IMG/VR virus record: IMGVR_UViG_3300046513_000348
Span: 154,661 to 218,660 of that record
Reading direction: 5' to 3' (one strand)
Length of the DNA: 64,000 bases
Shown here: one piece after another, positions 48,476 to 57,641 of the stretch
Layout: each line of letters opens with the position of its first letter
How positions within the stretch are numbered: position 1 is the stretch's first letter
Translations under genes and position numbers: made by a program
Notes under the pieces: generated by a model
Seen by the model: only the letters and a program-made list of their open reading frames with translations
What the model was told of the DNA's origin: nothing
Databases searched by the model: none

Positions 48476-48698
48476 GATGATGCTCTCAGAGTGAGTGTTT
48501 TGGATGCCTGTGAGACAAAGCTCCAGGCGCACATAGGCAGAATGTCTACATAGAATGCAGAACACTTTCTCCACGGATGGAGTGGTTTTGTATCAACGTT
48601 GTGCAGATGGAGGCTGCTACGTCAAAGCATAACGCGAGGTCACTAGAAATTAACATATGGCATAAGGTCTGGTACTGGGTTGCCCCAGTACCATTTCG

Positions 48699-49130
48699 TT
48701 ATAGGCCAAGATTGTGGAAGAGACGAACGGCACCATAGATGATGGCGCGTTTCCAGATCGGCGTTCCAGCGACCTTCATGGCAGCGTAGAAGATGTCATC
48801 GATCTCTTTCTGCATCAACAGACGGATAGGTTCTTGACCGTAGCTCGTGAGCTTTCTGCTGACGCACAGGTAGTCGTGAACGATTGCTGCTTGGCCGTAA
48901 ATTCCCCATGGCGGGAAGATGGACCAGAACATGCGAGGAACCGAAGCGCCATCAGTTTGGAAACCTTTGGGAACGGTTACGTATTTGTTGTCCGTGATAG
49001 GACCAATGTAGAAAGTGAAGTCTGCATCGGTGAACCAAAGATCTTCTTTGTTTTGTACAGACGGCGCAAGGGCATACAGAATTCCCACTACTCGGTCGTA
49101 CGATCCAACAATTTCCATACTAGCTCTCAT
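48699..49130 (-). CDS. DUF1353 family protein
   Basis: VPKGFQTDGASVPR..W..P.G.Y..AAIVHDYL motif. Confidence 0.85.
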   Translation of the reverse strand: MRASMEIVGSYDRVVGILYALAPSVQNKEDLWFTDADFTFYIGPITDNKYVTVPKGFQTDGASVPRMFWSIFPPWGIYGQAAIVHDYLCVSRKLTSYGQEPIRLLMQKEIDDIFYAAMKVAGTPIWKRAIIYGAVRLFHNLGL

Positions 49131-49198
49131 GGTGGTTAAACCACAAGATCATAAATCAGGATAGGGCTTTCGCCCTATCCTGATTTACGTTTCGTTAT

Positions 49199-49921
49199 TT
49201 ACATGGTCTCAGCAGGTGCCGGGCTCAGCATGGTTTCCCAGCCGTGCGGCAGTTCCAGCTGCGCCGGGATCACGGGCATTTCGTCCATGGTCTGTGCGGC
49301 AGTCACTGCGTCCTTCAGATCCCATGCGGTCTTCTTGAAGATCAGGAACGCGTCGTACGCCTGGTCCGAGAGAAGCTGCATCTGCTCCGGAGTGCACATG
49401 TAGGTGTTGTTCTCGTAGGTGCGCATCGGCAGGATCGGATCGACCACACCGGCCGCTTTGAGGCGGTCAGCTTTCAGGCCGGAACCGGCCACGTTGGTAC
49501 GATCTTCACCGCGCAGCTGCACATGCTCGGTCACGGTTCCGCCGTCGACGATGAAGTCGAACGGGAAACCCACTTCCAGAGCCGAAGCCAGGCGTTGCTC
49601 GATCAGGGTCTCGGCTTCCGACTTTGCCGTTGCCAGCTTGGAGGAAGTTTCGATTTCCGTGAAAGAGCGGGCAACCCAGACCTGCTGCCAGACACCACCT
49701 TCGAAGATCGGCGCGCCTTCGGTAACGACGTCGCCTTCCGGTTTGTCGACCGGATAGACGGCAAAGTAGCCGAGTTCGTTGAGCGTTGCTTCGTCTTGCG
49801 GGTCGGTGAAGGACCAGTCCGGGTTTTCACGACGGACTTGCGACATGTAGACGGGGTAGACGTTGTCAGCGCCGTCTTTGCCGAGTTTGACCAGTGCGGT
49901 CGAGTTATCGATAGTCGACAT
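49199..49921 (-). CDS. Tail fiber assembly or chaperone-like protein (DUF4376-like C-terminus)
   Basis: Directly downstream of the fiber gene; G.WQQVW and R..D..N..R..EN..LK..V..A patterns. Confidence 0.65.
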   Translation of the reverse strand: MSTIDNSTALVKLGKDGADNVYPVYMSQVRRENPDWSFTDPQDEATLNELGYFAVYPVDKPEGDVVTEGAPIFEGGVWQQVWVARSFTEIETSSKLATAKSEAETLIEQRLASALEVGFPFDFIVDGGTVTEHVQLRGEDRTNVAGSGLKADRLKAAGVVDPILPMRTYENNTYMCTPEQMQLLSDQAYDAFLIFKKTAWDLKDAVTAAQTMDEMPVIPAQLELPHGWETMLSPAPAETM

Positions 49922-49938
49922 TTTTGTTTAGCTCCTAA

Positions 49939-52900
49939 TTAGTTCGGCACAGAGCCGACCATTTCCTGACCGTCCCAGTTGAAGACGACGGTGGTGGTAT
50001 CGTTGGCGAAGGTCGGAGCAGCACCATCGAACCAGCGGATGGTTTTGCCGTTGTCCAGCGTCCAATTGAAGGCCGCGACTTTACCGTACACCTTGACGAC
50101 CACGGTAGCAGCGCGGTTAGCGCCCGGGATGTTCGTCAGCGCGATGGTGCGAGCACCAGCGACGGCGTTGGTGATACGGAACTGACGCGCCAGCTTCCAG
50201 TCCACGGTGTTTGCGGCATCCATCACCTTGAGGGTATAGATGTCGAAAGCGACCCAGGCGCCGTTGACCATCTGGTAGACCAGACCGTCGTCAGCCGGAG
50301 GCAGGTTGTTCAGCAGAGGAGCATCCACCCACTGACCGTCCAGCATCAGTTTGCGCTTGCCATCGGCCGTCGGAGCGTTCAGGTTACCGCCGCCGATGTA
50401 GCCCAGAGGAGTCCAGGTCACTTGGTCGGTCTTGCGGAAGAACTGCTGGGTCAGGCGGTTGAAGAAGTAGTCGTTGATACGACCATCGACTGCCTGTGGG
50501 TCACGGTCGAAGACGATCCAGATGGTACCGATCTCGCCTTTCTCACCCTTATCACCCTTCACGCCTTGCAGGCCGCGAAGACCTTGGTCGCCCTTCGGAC
50601 CTTGCGAGCCGACGACGTGACCGAGGTTGAACCAGCTGTTGGTGGTATCGAGCCACACGAAGCAGTTGAACGTACCCGGGGTTGCCGGATCCGGGATCGC
50701 GTAGCCAGTGCTGACCTGACCAACGGCAGGCAGTGCAGCTTCGTTCGCCACAGTACCCAGGATACGGATTGCGGAACCCGTATCACCCTTCAGACCCTGT
50801 TCGCCTTCCGGACCTTGCGGACCAGTGATCAGCGTCAGGAAGTCTTCGAAAGTAGCGCCCTCTCCGAGCAGACCTTCAGCAATTGCTCCTTGGTAAGCAG
50901 AATCGCCGGTGGCGCCTTTTTGGGAGAGGACGAAGTCTTCGAGCGTGCCCGAAAACAGTCCGCTATCGACGGCGTCCTGGTAGAGGGACTTTCCGGTATC
51001 GCCTTTGTCACCTTTGAGGCTGGCGAGGTAAGCGGCGAGGTCACCAACGAACCCTTGTTCAACTGCGAGTTCATAAGCGCTCTTACCCTCGTTACCCTGC
51101 GAACCAACCGGACCGGTTTTAACCCAGGCCGCACCGTTGTGGATGTACACGAAACCAGCTGCGGTAGCCACCTGCGAGATGGTACCCAGAGGAAGTGCAG
51201 CTTCCGACGCGAAGTCGCCCACGAAGCTGAGGCTCGTACCTGCCGGACCACGGAAAGCCGGGAACTGCGCGTACGCGGCACCCGTCCAGGTATGGAAGGT
51301 TTCACCGATCAGGTAGGTGTCTGCCAGCGCGGCGTTGGCCGGGAGCTGGTTGACTGCGTCGAGGACGCCCTTGAACAGCATCGGTTTACCAGCAGCGCCG
51401 GTCGGACCAGCAGGACCTTGGGCACCAGCAGGACCTGCATCGAACCATGCGCCTTGAGACCACAGCCACAGGTGCGGTGGGTCGGTCATGACGACGGCCG
51501 ACTTGCCGGTCTGATCGCCAGCAGGCAGGTTGCCCGAGTTAGCGAACTGGCCGATGAACTCGAACGAGACGCCGTCCTTGCCTTTCAGCGACGCCAGCCA
51601 TTCAGCTTCCGTACCGGCGTAACCACCGGCTTTAGCCGACTGGAATGCAGTCTTGCCGTCCAGACCATCGCGACCGGCCGGGCCGCGCCACTGACCCATG
51701 CGGAGCCACTTGTCGCCATCGAAGACGTAAATGTATCCGGCGATCTCGTAAGCCCAACCCTGTGTCGACAGATTTGCAGGCGGCAGAATGCTTTCGGCAA
51801 CGAGCTCGCCTTTCGGAATCACGGGCAGACCGACAGGGCCGCGAGGACCTACGTCACCTTTTTCGCCCTTGAACAGACCGAGGTCCAGCCACATGACGCC
51901 ATCCCACGCATGGAAGTGGCCGTTGATCGAGTAGTAGTCGCCCACCACGTTGTTGGCAGTCGGCAGTTGGTTGGTACCAGCCAGTTCGCCCTTCGGGGTC
52001 ATCGAACGGCCGACCGGACCTTGCGGACCAACCTTACCTTCGGGACCAGCAGGACCCACGTTGTTACCCAGGTTAGCCCAGGCACCATCGACGAAGACGT
52101 GGAACTCGTAGCCATCGGTTTCGTTGCCGACCAGATAGCCATTGCCATCGGTTTCCGACGCAGGCAGATCGCCTTCGGTAGCCACGATACCGACCGGAAT
52201 GAACGCGATCGCCGGATCACCCTTGTCGCCTTTCAGGCCACGGATGAACTCGACGTATTTCGACATCGTGTCGACTTCCGGGTATGCGGTACGGACGGTA
52301 TCGAAAGCCGACTTGCCTTCTTTACCTTCCTTACCTTCAGGACCCTGTTCGCCTTGCAGGCCTTCTTGGCCCTGCTTCTGCCAGCGGGTGCTGTTCCAGA
52401 CATACATCGATTCGCCGATCAGCCAGGTGTCGCCCAGCTTTTCGCCTTCAGCCGGCAGGTATGCGGTCGACGGCAGTTCGCCGAGGATCGTCAGACCGGT
52501 GCCGTCTTTACCAGGCAGACCCTTGAAGTCGCCCATGTTCGTCCACTCACCGTTCAGGTTCATGTAGACGTTGGTGCCGACGAAGAAGTAATCGCTCTGT
52601 GCGAAGTCCTTCACGTCCGGCAGTTCTTCCGGCGTTACGACGGAGCCGACCAGGTTACCCAGGACAGCGGTCGGGCCAGTTGCACCCGTGTCACCTTTGG
52701 CGCCCTTCAGGGAAGCGAGCCAATCAGCCTGGGTCCCAGCGTAGCCACCGGCGGCCGCGACTTCGAATGCCGACAGGCCGTTAGCACCTTTCAGCGATGC
52801 CAGCCACTCGGCTGCAGTACCAGCGTAACCGCCGGCTTGAGCGATGGCATAGGCGGAATCGCCTTTGTCGCCCTTGTCGCCTTTCAGCGAGGTCAGGTAA

Positions 52901-53406
52901 TCGCCGAGAGTGCCCTGGAAGCCCGCATCTTTCGCGAGTTCGTAGGCATTCTTGCCATTGGTACCGTCTTTACCGTTGGTACCGTCTTTACCTTTCAGGC
53001 TGGCCAGGTACTCGGCTTCGGTACCGACGTAACCACCGGCTTTGGCCAGCTCGTACGCGCTCTTGCCGTTCGTGCCATCCTTACCGTTGGTGCCGTCCTT
53101 GCCTTTCAGCGAGTCGAGGAACTGAGCTTGGGTGCCGACGTAACCGCCGTCCTTTGCCAGTTCGTACGCCGACTTGCCGTCGGTGCCGGAGATGAAGTTG
53201 ATGAAGTCGGCATCGGTGACGACTTCCGGGTGAGTGAGTTGTACAACCTCTTTCGCCGACAGACCCTTGACTGCCAGAACACTGAGGGGGACGCGCTGGC
53301 TTGCAACCTGACCAACGATGTGGATTTCGATGTAGGACTTGTCCTTATCGATCTCGCCGTTGACCAGAGCCAGCTGGAGGATAGTTTTACCTACCGGATC
53401 AGCCAT
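49939..53406 (-). CDS. Collagen-like repeat tail fiber protein
   Basis: Repeated GKSAYELA..GY.GT..E.L.SLKG units, G-x-y triplets and ELP...GD.Y....Y.W.G..W...G beta modules. Confidence 0.85.
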   Translation of the reverse strand: MADPVGKTILQLALVNGEIDKDKSYIEIHIVGQVASQRVPLSVLAVKGLSAKEVVQLTHPEVVTDADFINFISGTDGKSAYELAKDGGYVGTQAQFLDSLKGKDGTNGKDGTNGKSAYELAKAGGYVGTEAEYLASLKGKDGTNGKDGTNGKNAYELAKDAGFQGTLGDYLTSLKGDKGDKGDSAYAIAQAGGYAGTAAEWLASLKGANGLSAFEVAAAGGYAGTQADWLASLKGAKGDTGATGPTAVLGNLVGSVVTPEELPDVKDFAQSDYFFVGTNVYMNLNGEWTNMGDFKGLPGKDGTGLTILGELPSTAYLPAEGEKLGDTWLIGESMYVWNSTRWQKQGQEGLQGEQGPEGKEGKEGKSAFDTVRTAYPEVDTMSKYVEFIRGLKGDKGDPAIAFIPVGIVATEGDLPASETDGNGYLVGNETDGYEFHVFVDGAWANLGNNVGPAGPEGKVGPQGPVGRSMTPKGELAGTNQLPTANNVVGDYYSINGHFHAWDGVMWLDLGLFKGEKGDVGPRGPVGLPVIPKGELVAESILPPANLSTQGWAYEIAGYIYVFDGDKWLRMGQWRGPAGRDGLDGKTAFQSAKAGGYAGTEAEWLASLKGKDGVSFEFIGQFANSGNLPAGDQTGKSAVVMTDPPHLWLWSQGAWFDAGPAGAQGPAGPTGAAGKPMLFKGVLDAVNQLPANAALADTYLIGETFHTWTGAAYAQFPAFRGPAGTSLSFVGDFASEAALPLGTISQVATAAGFVYIHNGAAWVKTGPVGSQGNEGKSAYELAVEQGFVGDLAAYLASLKGDKGDTGKSLYQDAVDSGLFSGTLEDFVLSQKGATGDSAYQGAIAEGLLGEGATFEDFLTLITGPQGPEGEQGLKGDTGSAIRILGTVANEAALPAVGQVSTGYAIPDPATPGTFNCFVWLDTTNSWFNLGHVVGSQGPKGDQGLRGLQGVKGDKGEKGEIGTIWIVFDRDPQAVDGRINDYFFNRLTQQFFRKTDQVTWTPLGYIGGGNLNAPTADGKRKLMLDGQWVDAPLLNNLPPADDGLVYQMVNGAWVAFDIYTLKVMDAANTVDWKLARQFRITNAVAGARTIALTNIPGANRAATVVVKVYGKVAAFNWTLDNGKTIRWFDGAAPTFANDTTTVVFNWDGQEMVGSVPN

Positions 53407-53456
53407 GGAATTCTCCTGCTTCCTGTAAAAAATTACTTAGTTGATTCGAAAAAAAA

Positions 53457-54524
53457 TTACTCGGCCGGTTCGTACATGCGGTAATCGTCACCACCACTCG
53501 AGCGGTAGGTGCCGTCACCAACGAGACGAACGTTGACCATTTTGAGTTCTTCCGGCTCGACATTCAGCATGTAAATGCCCGGCAGCCAGGCGAGAGACGT
53601 CTTCTTGAACTTGATCGGATATTGCTTCTGACCAGGAATGTAAGTCGTGTTCTCGATGTCATCCGCAGTGAGGTGCAGGTGCAGAACTTCATTGATTTTG
53701 TCGATGATGCCGTACGTCGTGAAGATATCACGAGGCACGATTACTTTCGGGATAACACCGTCAGCAAACTGATCGTTGATCGTGGCAGGGTCATTGCGCA
53801 TGAAGTACAGCCACTGATCGACGTAGCCCGGTTTATTGGACTTGACGTAGATACGAGTGTTGCGACCACTTGCGCCGACAATGTCACTTTCCATGTTACC
53901 GAATTCGAAGTCGGTTCCATAGACCCACGACTTGGTATTGTCGTGGTTAGCGATCTGGGTCAGCTGAGCTGTTTTATCTGCCAGAACCTTGGTGGCCGAC
54001 GGGAAGCCGTCCAACATGTAGTTCGGATACAGAAGATATTTCTTTCCGCCGCCGAGAACGTTGATGAAACGACCTTCCACCCACACGCGGGAAGTGGGTT
54101 TAGCGGTGATCGTAAAGTCATCGTCCATCGTCGTATAGACGGTGTTCTCGAGGTCGTCTTCAGTCAGCCTGGTGCCCAGTTGCTTATTGATCTGGTCCAG
54201 AATGTCGTACGTTTTGAAAGGGATTGCCAGTGGTTGAATGATGGTGTTGTCCTTCACCGCCAGCATGCCGAGAGGGATGCGGGTATAAAGGAAACCAGTT
54301 TCATCTGGCTTCAGGCGCGCGTCGTACTTGGGTAAGACCTTTGCCGGAATGTATGCGTTTGGATCGTCTTCAATGTCTGGGCGTGGGTCCAGTTTCATCG
54401 GAGTGAAGAACGTAACCACAGTGGGTTCGAGCTTATACTTCGTGGAACGATAGACCAGATCGCAGAGGATCTTGGTTTCCGGACGATCGAAGTTGTATGC
54501 CCTTACGAATTGAAATAGTGACAT
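53457..54524 (-). CDS. Virion structural protein (baseplate or fiber anchor-like, duplicated domain)
   Basis: Two copies of Y.R......TY.I.D.IN..L...LT.DD.EN; adjacent to the fiber gene. Confidence 0.7.
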   Translation of the reverse strand: MSLFQFVRAYNFDRPETKILCDLVYRSTKYKLEPTVVTFFTPMKLDPRPDIEDDPNAYIPAKVLPKYDARLKPDETGFLYTRIPLGMLAVKDNTIIQPLAIPFKTYDILDQINKQLGTRLTEDDLENTVYTTMDDDFTITAKPTSRVWVEGRFINVLGGGKKYLLYPNYMLDGFPSATKVLADKTAQLTQIANHDNTKSWVYGTDFEFGNMESDIVGASGRNTRIYVKSNKPGYVDQWLYFMRNDPATINDQFADGVIPKVIVPRDIFTTYGIIDKINEVLHLHLTADDIENTTYIPGQKQYPIKFKKTSLAWLPGIYMLNVEPEELKMVNVRLVGDGTYRSSGGDDYRMYEPAE

Positions 54525-54631
54525 ATACTCCGTCCTAAGGAAGGTTGAACAAAAAAATAATGCCCCGCTCAAACGATTAATCCGCAAAATATTATCTAGG
54601 GCCGAAGCCCTAGATAATACCCTTGCTGAGA

Positions 54632-54951
54632 TTACAACTGACGAGTGGCTTTCGCCAGGCCATCGTAAGAATAGACATGGCTGATCACAATACCAGCCAT
54701 ACCGGCGTGGTAGTAGAGTTCCTGCATCAGATACAGATCGAACTTCGGAGGAACCGTGAAGCCCTTGAAGAAGAAGGTGATGTTGATCGGATTGTTGCGG
54801 CCTTCCTTAACCCAGGTGCCGACGATTTGACCGTGCTCACCATGACCAGCTGCTTCCCTGCCGAACAGGATCTCGTATTGGTGCTGTGGACGCATGCCGC
54901 CATTAACGATCCAATCGATTAGGTTACGCAGGGCGATGTTCAGTTGTTTCA
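54632..54951 (-). CDS. Hypothetical protein
   Basis: GGAG Shine-Dalgarno before MKQL; start position approximate. Confidence 0.55.
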
Positions 54952-55015
54952 TTTTGATGCTCCAGTACATTTTAAAAGGGTGGGATTGAATCCCGGGTAT
55001 TGCTGCTTGAAATTA

Positions 55016-55447
55016 TTAATCGCTGTTCGGATGGAATTTCACTTCCTTCAGAGTTTTGAGGGAAGCTTCTAAACCCGCGATCATCTTCTCGACACTTTCT
55101 CGTTCAGACTCTTTCAGATGGAAGCAGCCGTCATCCTGGCGTTTGCCTCCGTAGGCATGGACCTCCAAGAAGCCGTCAGGGATCTTATCGTAATCGATAT
55201 TGATCGACAGCGATACTTCGTGATCGACATCCGGATCATTGGCTTTTTCGAGGAAGCGTTCGATCTCCGGATAACCGAACTGTTCTTCGTACAGAAAGTC
55301 GCTGAAGTAGTAGGACAGGATGGCTTTATTGTTTTCGAATTCTGTATTCGGCAATAGGTGGGAAATAACGAAAGAGCCTTCGCTGATAATTAAATCTTGA
55401 GACATGTCATACTCCTTGATGCATTTTAAGCGGACGGTAAAGTCCAT
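55016..55447 (-). CDS. Hypothetical acidic protein
   Basis: Downstream of an early-promoter-like TATATAAC at 55478-55487; start may be MSQD. Confidence 0.65.
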   Translation of the reverse strand: MDFTVRLKCIKEYDMSQDLIISEGSFVISHLLPNTEFENNKAILSYYFSDFLYEEQFGYPEIERFLEKANDPDVDHEVSLSINIDYDKIPDGFLEVHAYGGKRQDDGCFHLKESERESVEKMIAGLEASLKTLKEVKFHPNSD

Positions 55448-55554
55448 TATGGTAAATTACGTAACTACTTCAATTTCGTTATATATTGCTGAAATTATCT
55501 ACATACGGACATAAACCAGGATAGGGCGAAAGCCCTATCCTGATCTACTTTTGT

Positions 55555-56937
55555 TTATTCCAGACCCAGCAAGCCAGAGTCCTCACCTTCGCCGGCCTTG
55601 ACAAAGACCACCAGCACGCAGAACGAACGGTAGCCGGTCGCCAACATGCCTTGACCATTCATCTTGGTCTGACGGTGACACTTGATAAGAACACCAGTGA
55701 TCTCTTTCACCTCGCCTTCGTTCAGATACATGATCTTCACGTTGATGCCAGGTTCGATCAGTTCGGGATCTGCGTTCTCCCATTCCACCATGAAGAAGTG
55801 ACCTTGGGAGCGAGCCAGTCGGGAAGTCGCAACGAATGGATTGGCGGTGATTCCTTCTGGACTCATCCTGACATTATTCTTGCCGGTGTCCATCTTCTCG
55901 CCAACGAACTCGCTGTTGTTCTTACCACGCTTAGCAACTGCGACATTGCCTTTGACATCACTGAACCCTGCGACCATTTGATTCGCATCTGCAAACATCA
56001 CGCCGTTACCAGCGTTATCTTGGATTTGACTCTTGTCGCTGATGATCTTCTTGTTGCCGGTAGCCAGAATGGTGACGATGCCATTCTCTTCCAGGAAGGT
56101 CTTCTCCACCTGCGGATACCGTTTTGCAGGTACCGAGATGATTACGATCTTCCGCTGAGCTTCGTCGAAACCCGTGGTGTCGTAAGGCGGATACAGATAC
56201 CAGACCCGGTTGTGGATGAACTGCGCCATGCCGGATGGGAACACGCCGCCACATTTCAGTTGCAGGTAGTCCGCCAGATCGGCAAGCAGGGTTCCATGGT
56301 CCACTACGATCGAATCGAAAACCTTCTCTGAGGCAGTGGCATGCATGTTCACGCCAACCAGTTTCAGGTCGTCGTCCAGTTCCAGGTCATTGCAGTAGAA
56401 CATCAGGAGATTACGAAGCAAGTCAGCATTGCTTGTTTCCAGGAAGTGACCACCGACGGTAATCTTGCTGATATCGTCAATCAGCTTTGGTTTCAGTTGG
56501 AGATCGACCTCAACGAGCGACATCAGGTTCTGAGTGTCTTTCGAGGAGTTCTCCGCGTTGTTGTCTTCCGACATGAAAGGACGGACATCCGGGTGCAATG
56601 AAACGTTGAACACCTTGATATCGATCGAATCTTCTTGGTCAGAAGCTTCCAGGGTTTTGTAATTGACCTTCTCGGTCTTCAGGATGAACTCGAGGTTTCC
56701 TTTAGCCGGGAAGATTTCCGTGGTGTAGTCGCCCAGTGGCATGACAATGCGACAGGTCATCACTGCCCCGTAGTTCAGTTCGTAATCCGACTCTTCATCG
56801 ATATCAGTAATACGCATGACGTCGACTACTTTATCGCCGATCTTGAACTGACCGGTGTAACCATAGAGGTTGGGACTGAAATCCGAATCGAGTACTCGAC
56901 GGATCTCGAAGTCCAATGGAGTGCTATCGATAATCAA
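55555..56937 (-). CDS. Putative baseplate hub or tail structural protein (phiKZ gp101-like)
   Basis: Size, synteny after gp98/99/100-like genes and beta-rich hub-like architecture. Confidence 0.6.
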   Translation of the reverse strand: MIIDSTPLDFEIRRVLDSDFSPNLYGYTGQFKIGDKVVDVMRITDIDEESDYELNYGAVMTCRIVMPLGDYTTEIFPAKGNLEFILKTEKVNYKTLEASDQEDSIDIKVFNVSLHPDVRPFMSEDNNAENSSKDTQNLMSLVEVDLQLKPKLIDDISKITVGGHFLETSNADLLRNLLMFYCNDLELDDDLKLVGVNMHATASEKVFDSIVVDHGTLLADLADYLQLKCGGVFPSGMAQFIHNRVWYLYPPYDTTGFDEAQRKIVIISVPAKRYPQVEKTFLEENGIVTILATGNKKIISDKSQIQDNAGNGVMFADANQMVAGFSDVKGNVAVAKRGKNNSEFVGEKMDTGKNNVRMSPEGITANPFVATSRLARSQGHFFMVEWENADPELIEPGINVKIMYLNEGEVKEITGVLIKCHRQTKMNGQGMLATGYRSFCVLVVFVKAGEGEDSGLLGLE

Positions 56938-57641
56938 AAGCGACCTCCGTTTCCATTACCTTCCATGTAGGACATGAAGAGGTCTCGCATGCTTGGACGA
57001 GCCGGCAATTCCGCCCGCTCTTCATCGGGTTTCTTCTCGAGCTCGACTTTGCGCATTTGTTGCGGCGAGTAAATGTTGTTGACGGTGTAATGATCATCCT
57101 TGGCCTTTGCCTTCTTCGAAATGCGATTATCGATCGCAGCGAACATGGCATTGAGGTCAACGATATCTTTCATCACGTTCTCTGGGAGGAACGTACGGGC
57201 GAAGTCTTCACCGTATTCGTGACCAGCGTACTGATACACGGCTTCGGCAAATTCATCAATCTTTATCAAGTCACCGAACGGTGCATCATGGGCGAACACA
57301 TCCTTGTTCAAGCGGTCAGCAAAGTCGAACGTGTAGTTCTGGCAGATCTCATACACCGCCTTTACGTCTTCCTGCTTGACGATGGAGATGCGCTGACTTT
57401 GATGGTAGTGCTCGATCATGTCATTGATCGTGATGTAAACGGCTTGGGGTTGTTTCGCGAGCTCACGATCCACATTCCGATTGCCCGAAGTGTGCATGCC
57501 GTATTGCTCAAGGTACGCCGTACTGTAGAAAGCAATACGAGGTACCTTGCACAGAAACAGTCTGCCCCAGATCGGATAACGCGGGTCGTTAAATGGAATC
57601 GAACTCGGCGACGGGTTAACCCTATTGGGGCTTTGGTTCAT
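56934..57641 (-). CDS. Conserved jumbo-phage protein (phiKZ gp100-like position)
   Basis: Overlapping start and stop codons within the structural operon. Confidence 0.6.
   Translation of the reverse strand: MNQSPNRVNPSPSSIPFNDPRYPIWGRLFLCKVPRIAFYSTAYLEQYGMHTSGNRNVDRELAKQPQAVYITINDMIEHYHQSQRISIVKQEDVKAVYEICQNYTFDFADRLNKDVFAHDAPFGDLIKIDEFAEAVYQYAGHEYGEDFARTFLPENVMKDIVDLNAMFAAIDNRISKKAKAKDDHYTVNNIYSPQQMRKVELEKKPDEERAELPARPSMRDLFMSYMEGNGNGGRF

Noticed and set aside
47251-48497. Inverted repeats interpreted as IS terminal repeats or retron a1/a2 arms
   Set aside because: The enclosed ORF shows no DDE/HUH transposase or reverse transcriptase (YxDD) motifs, and no target-site duplication is evident.
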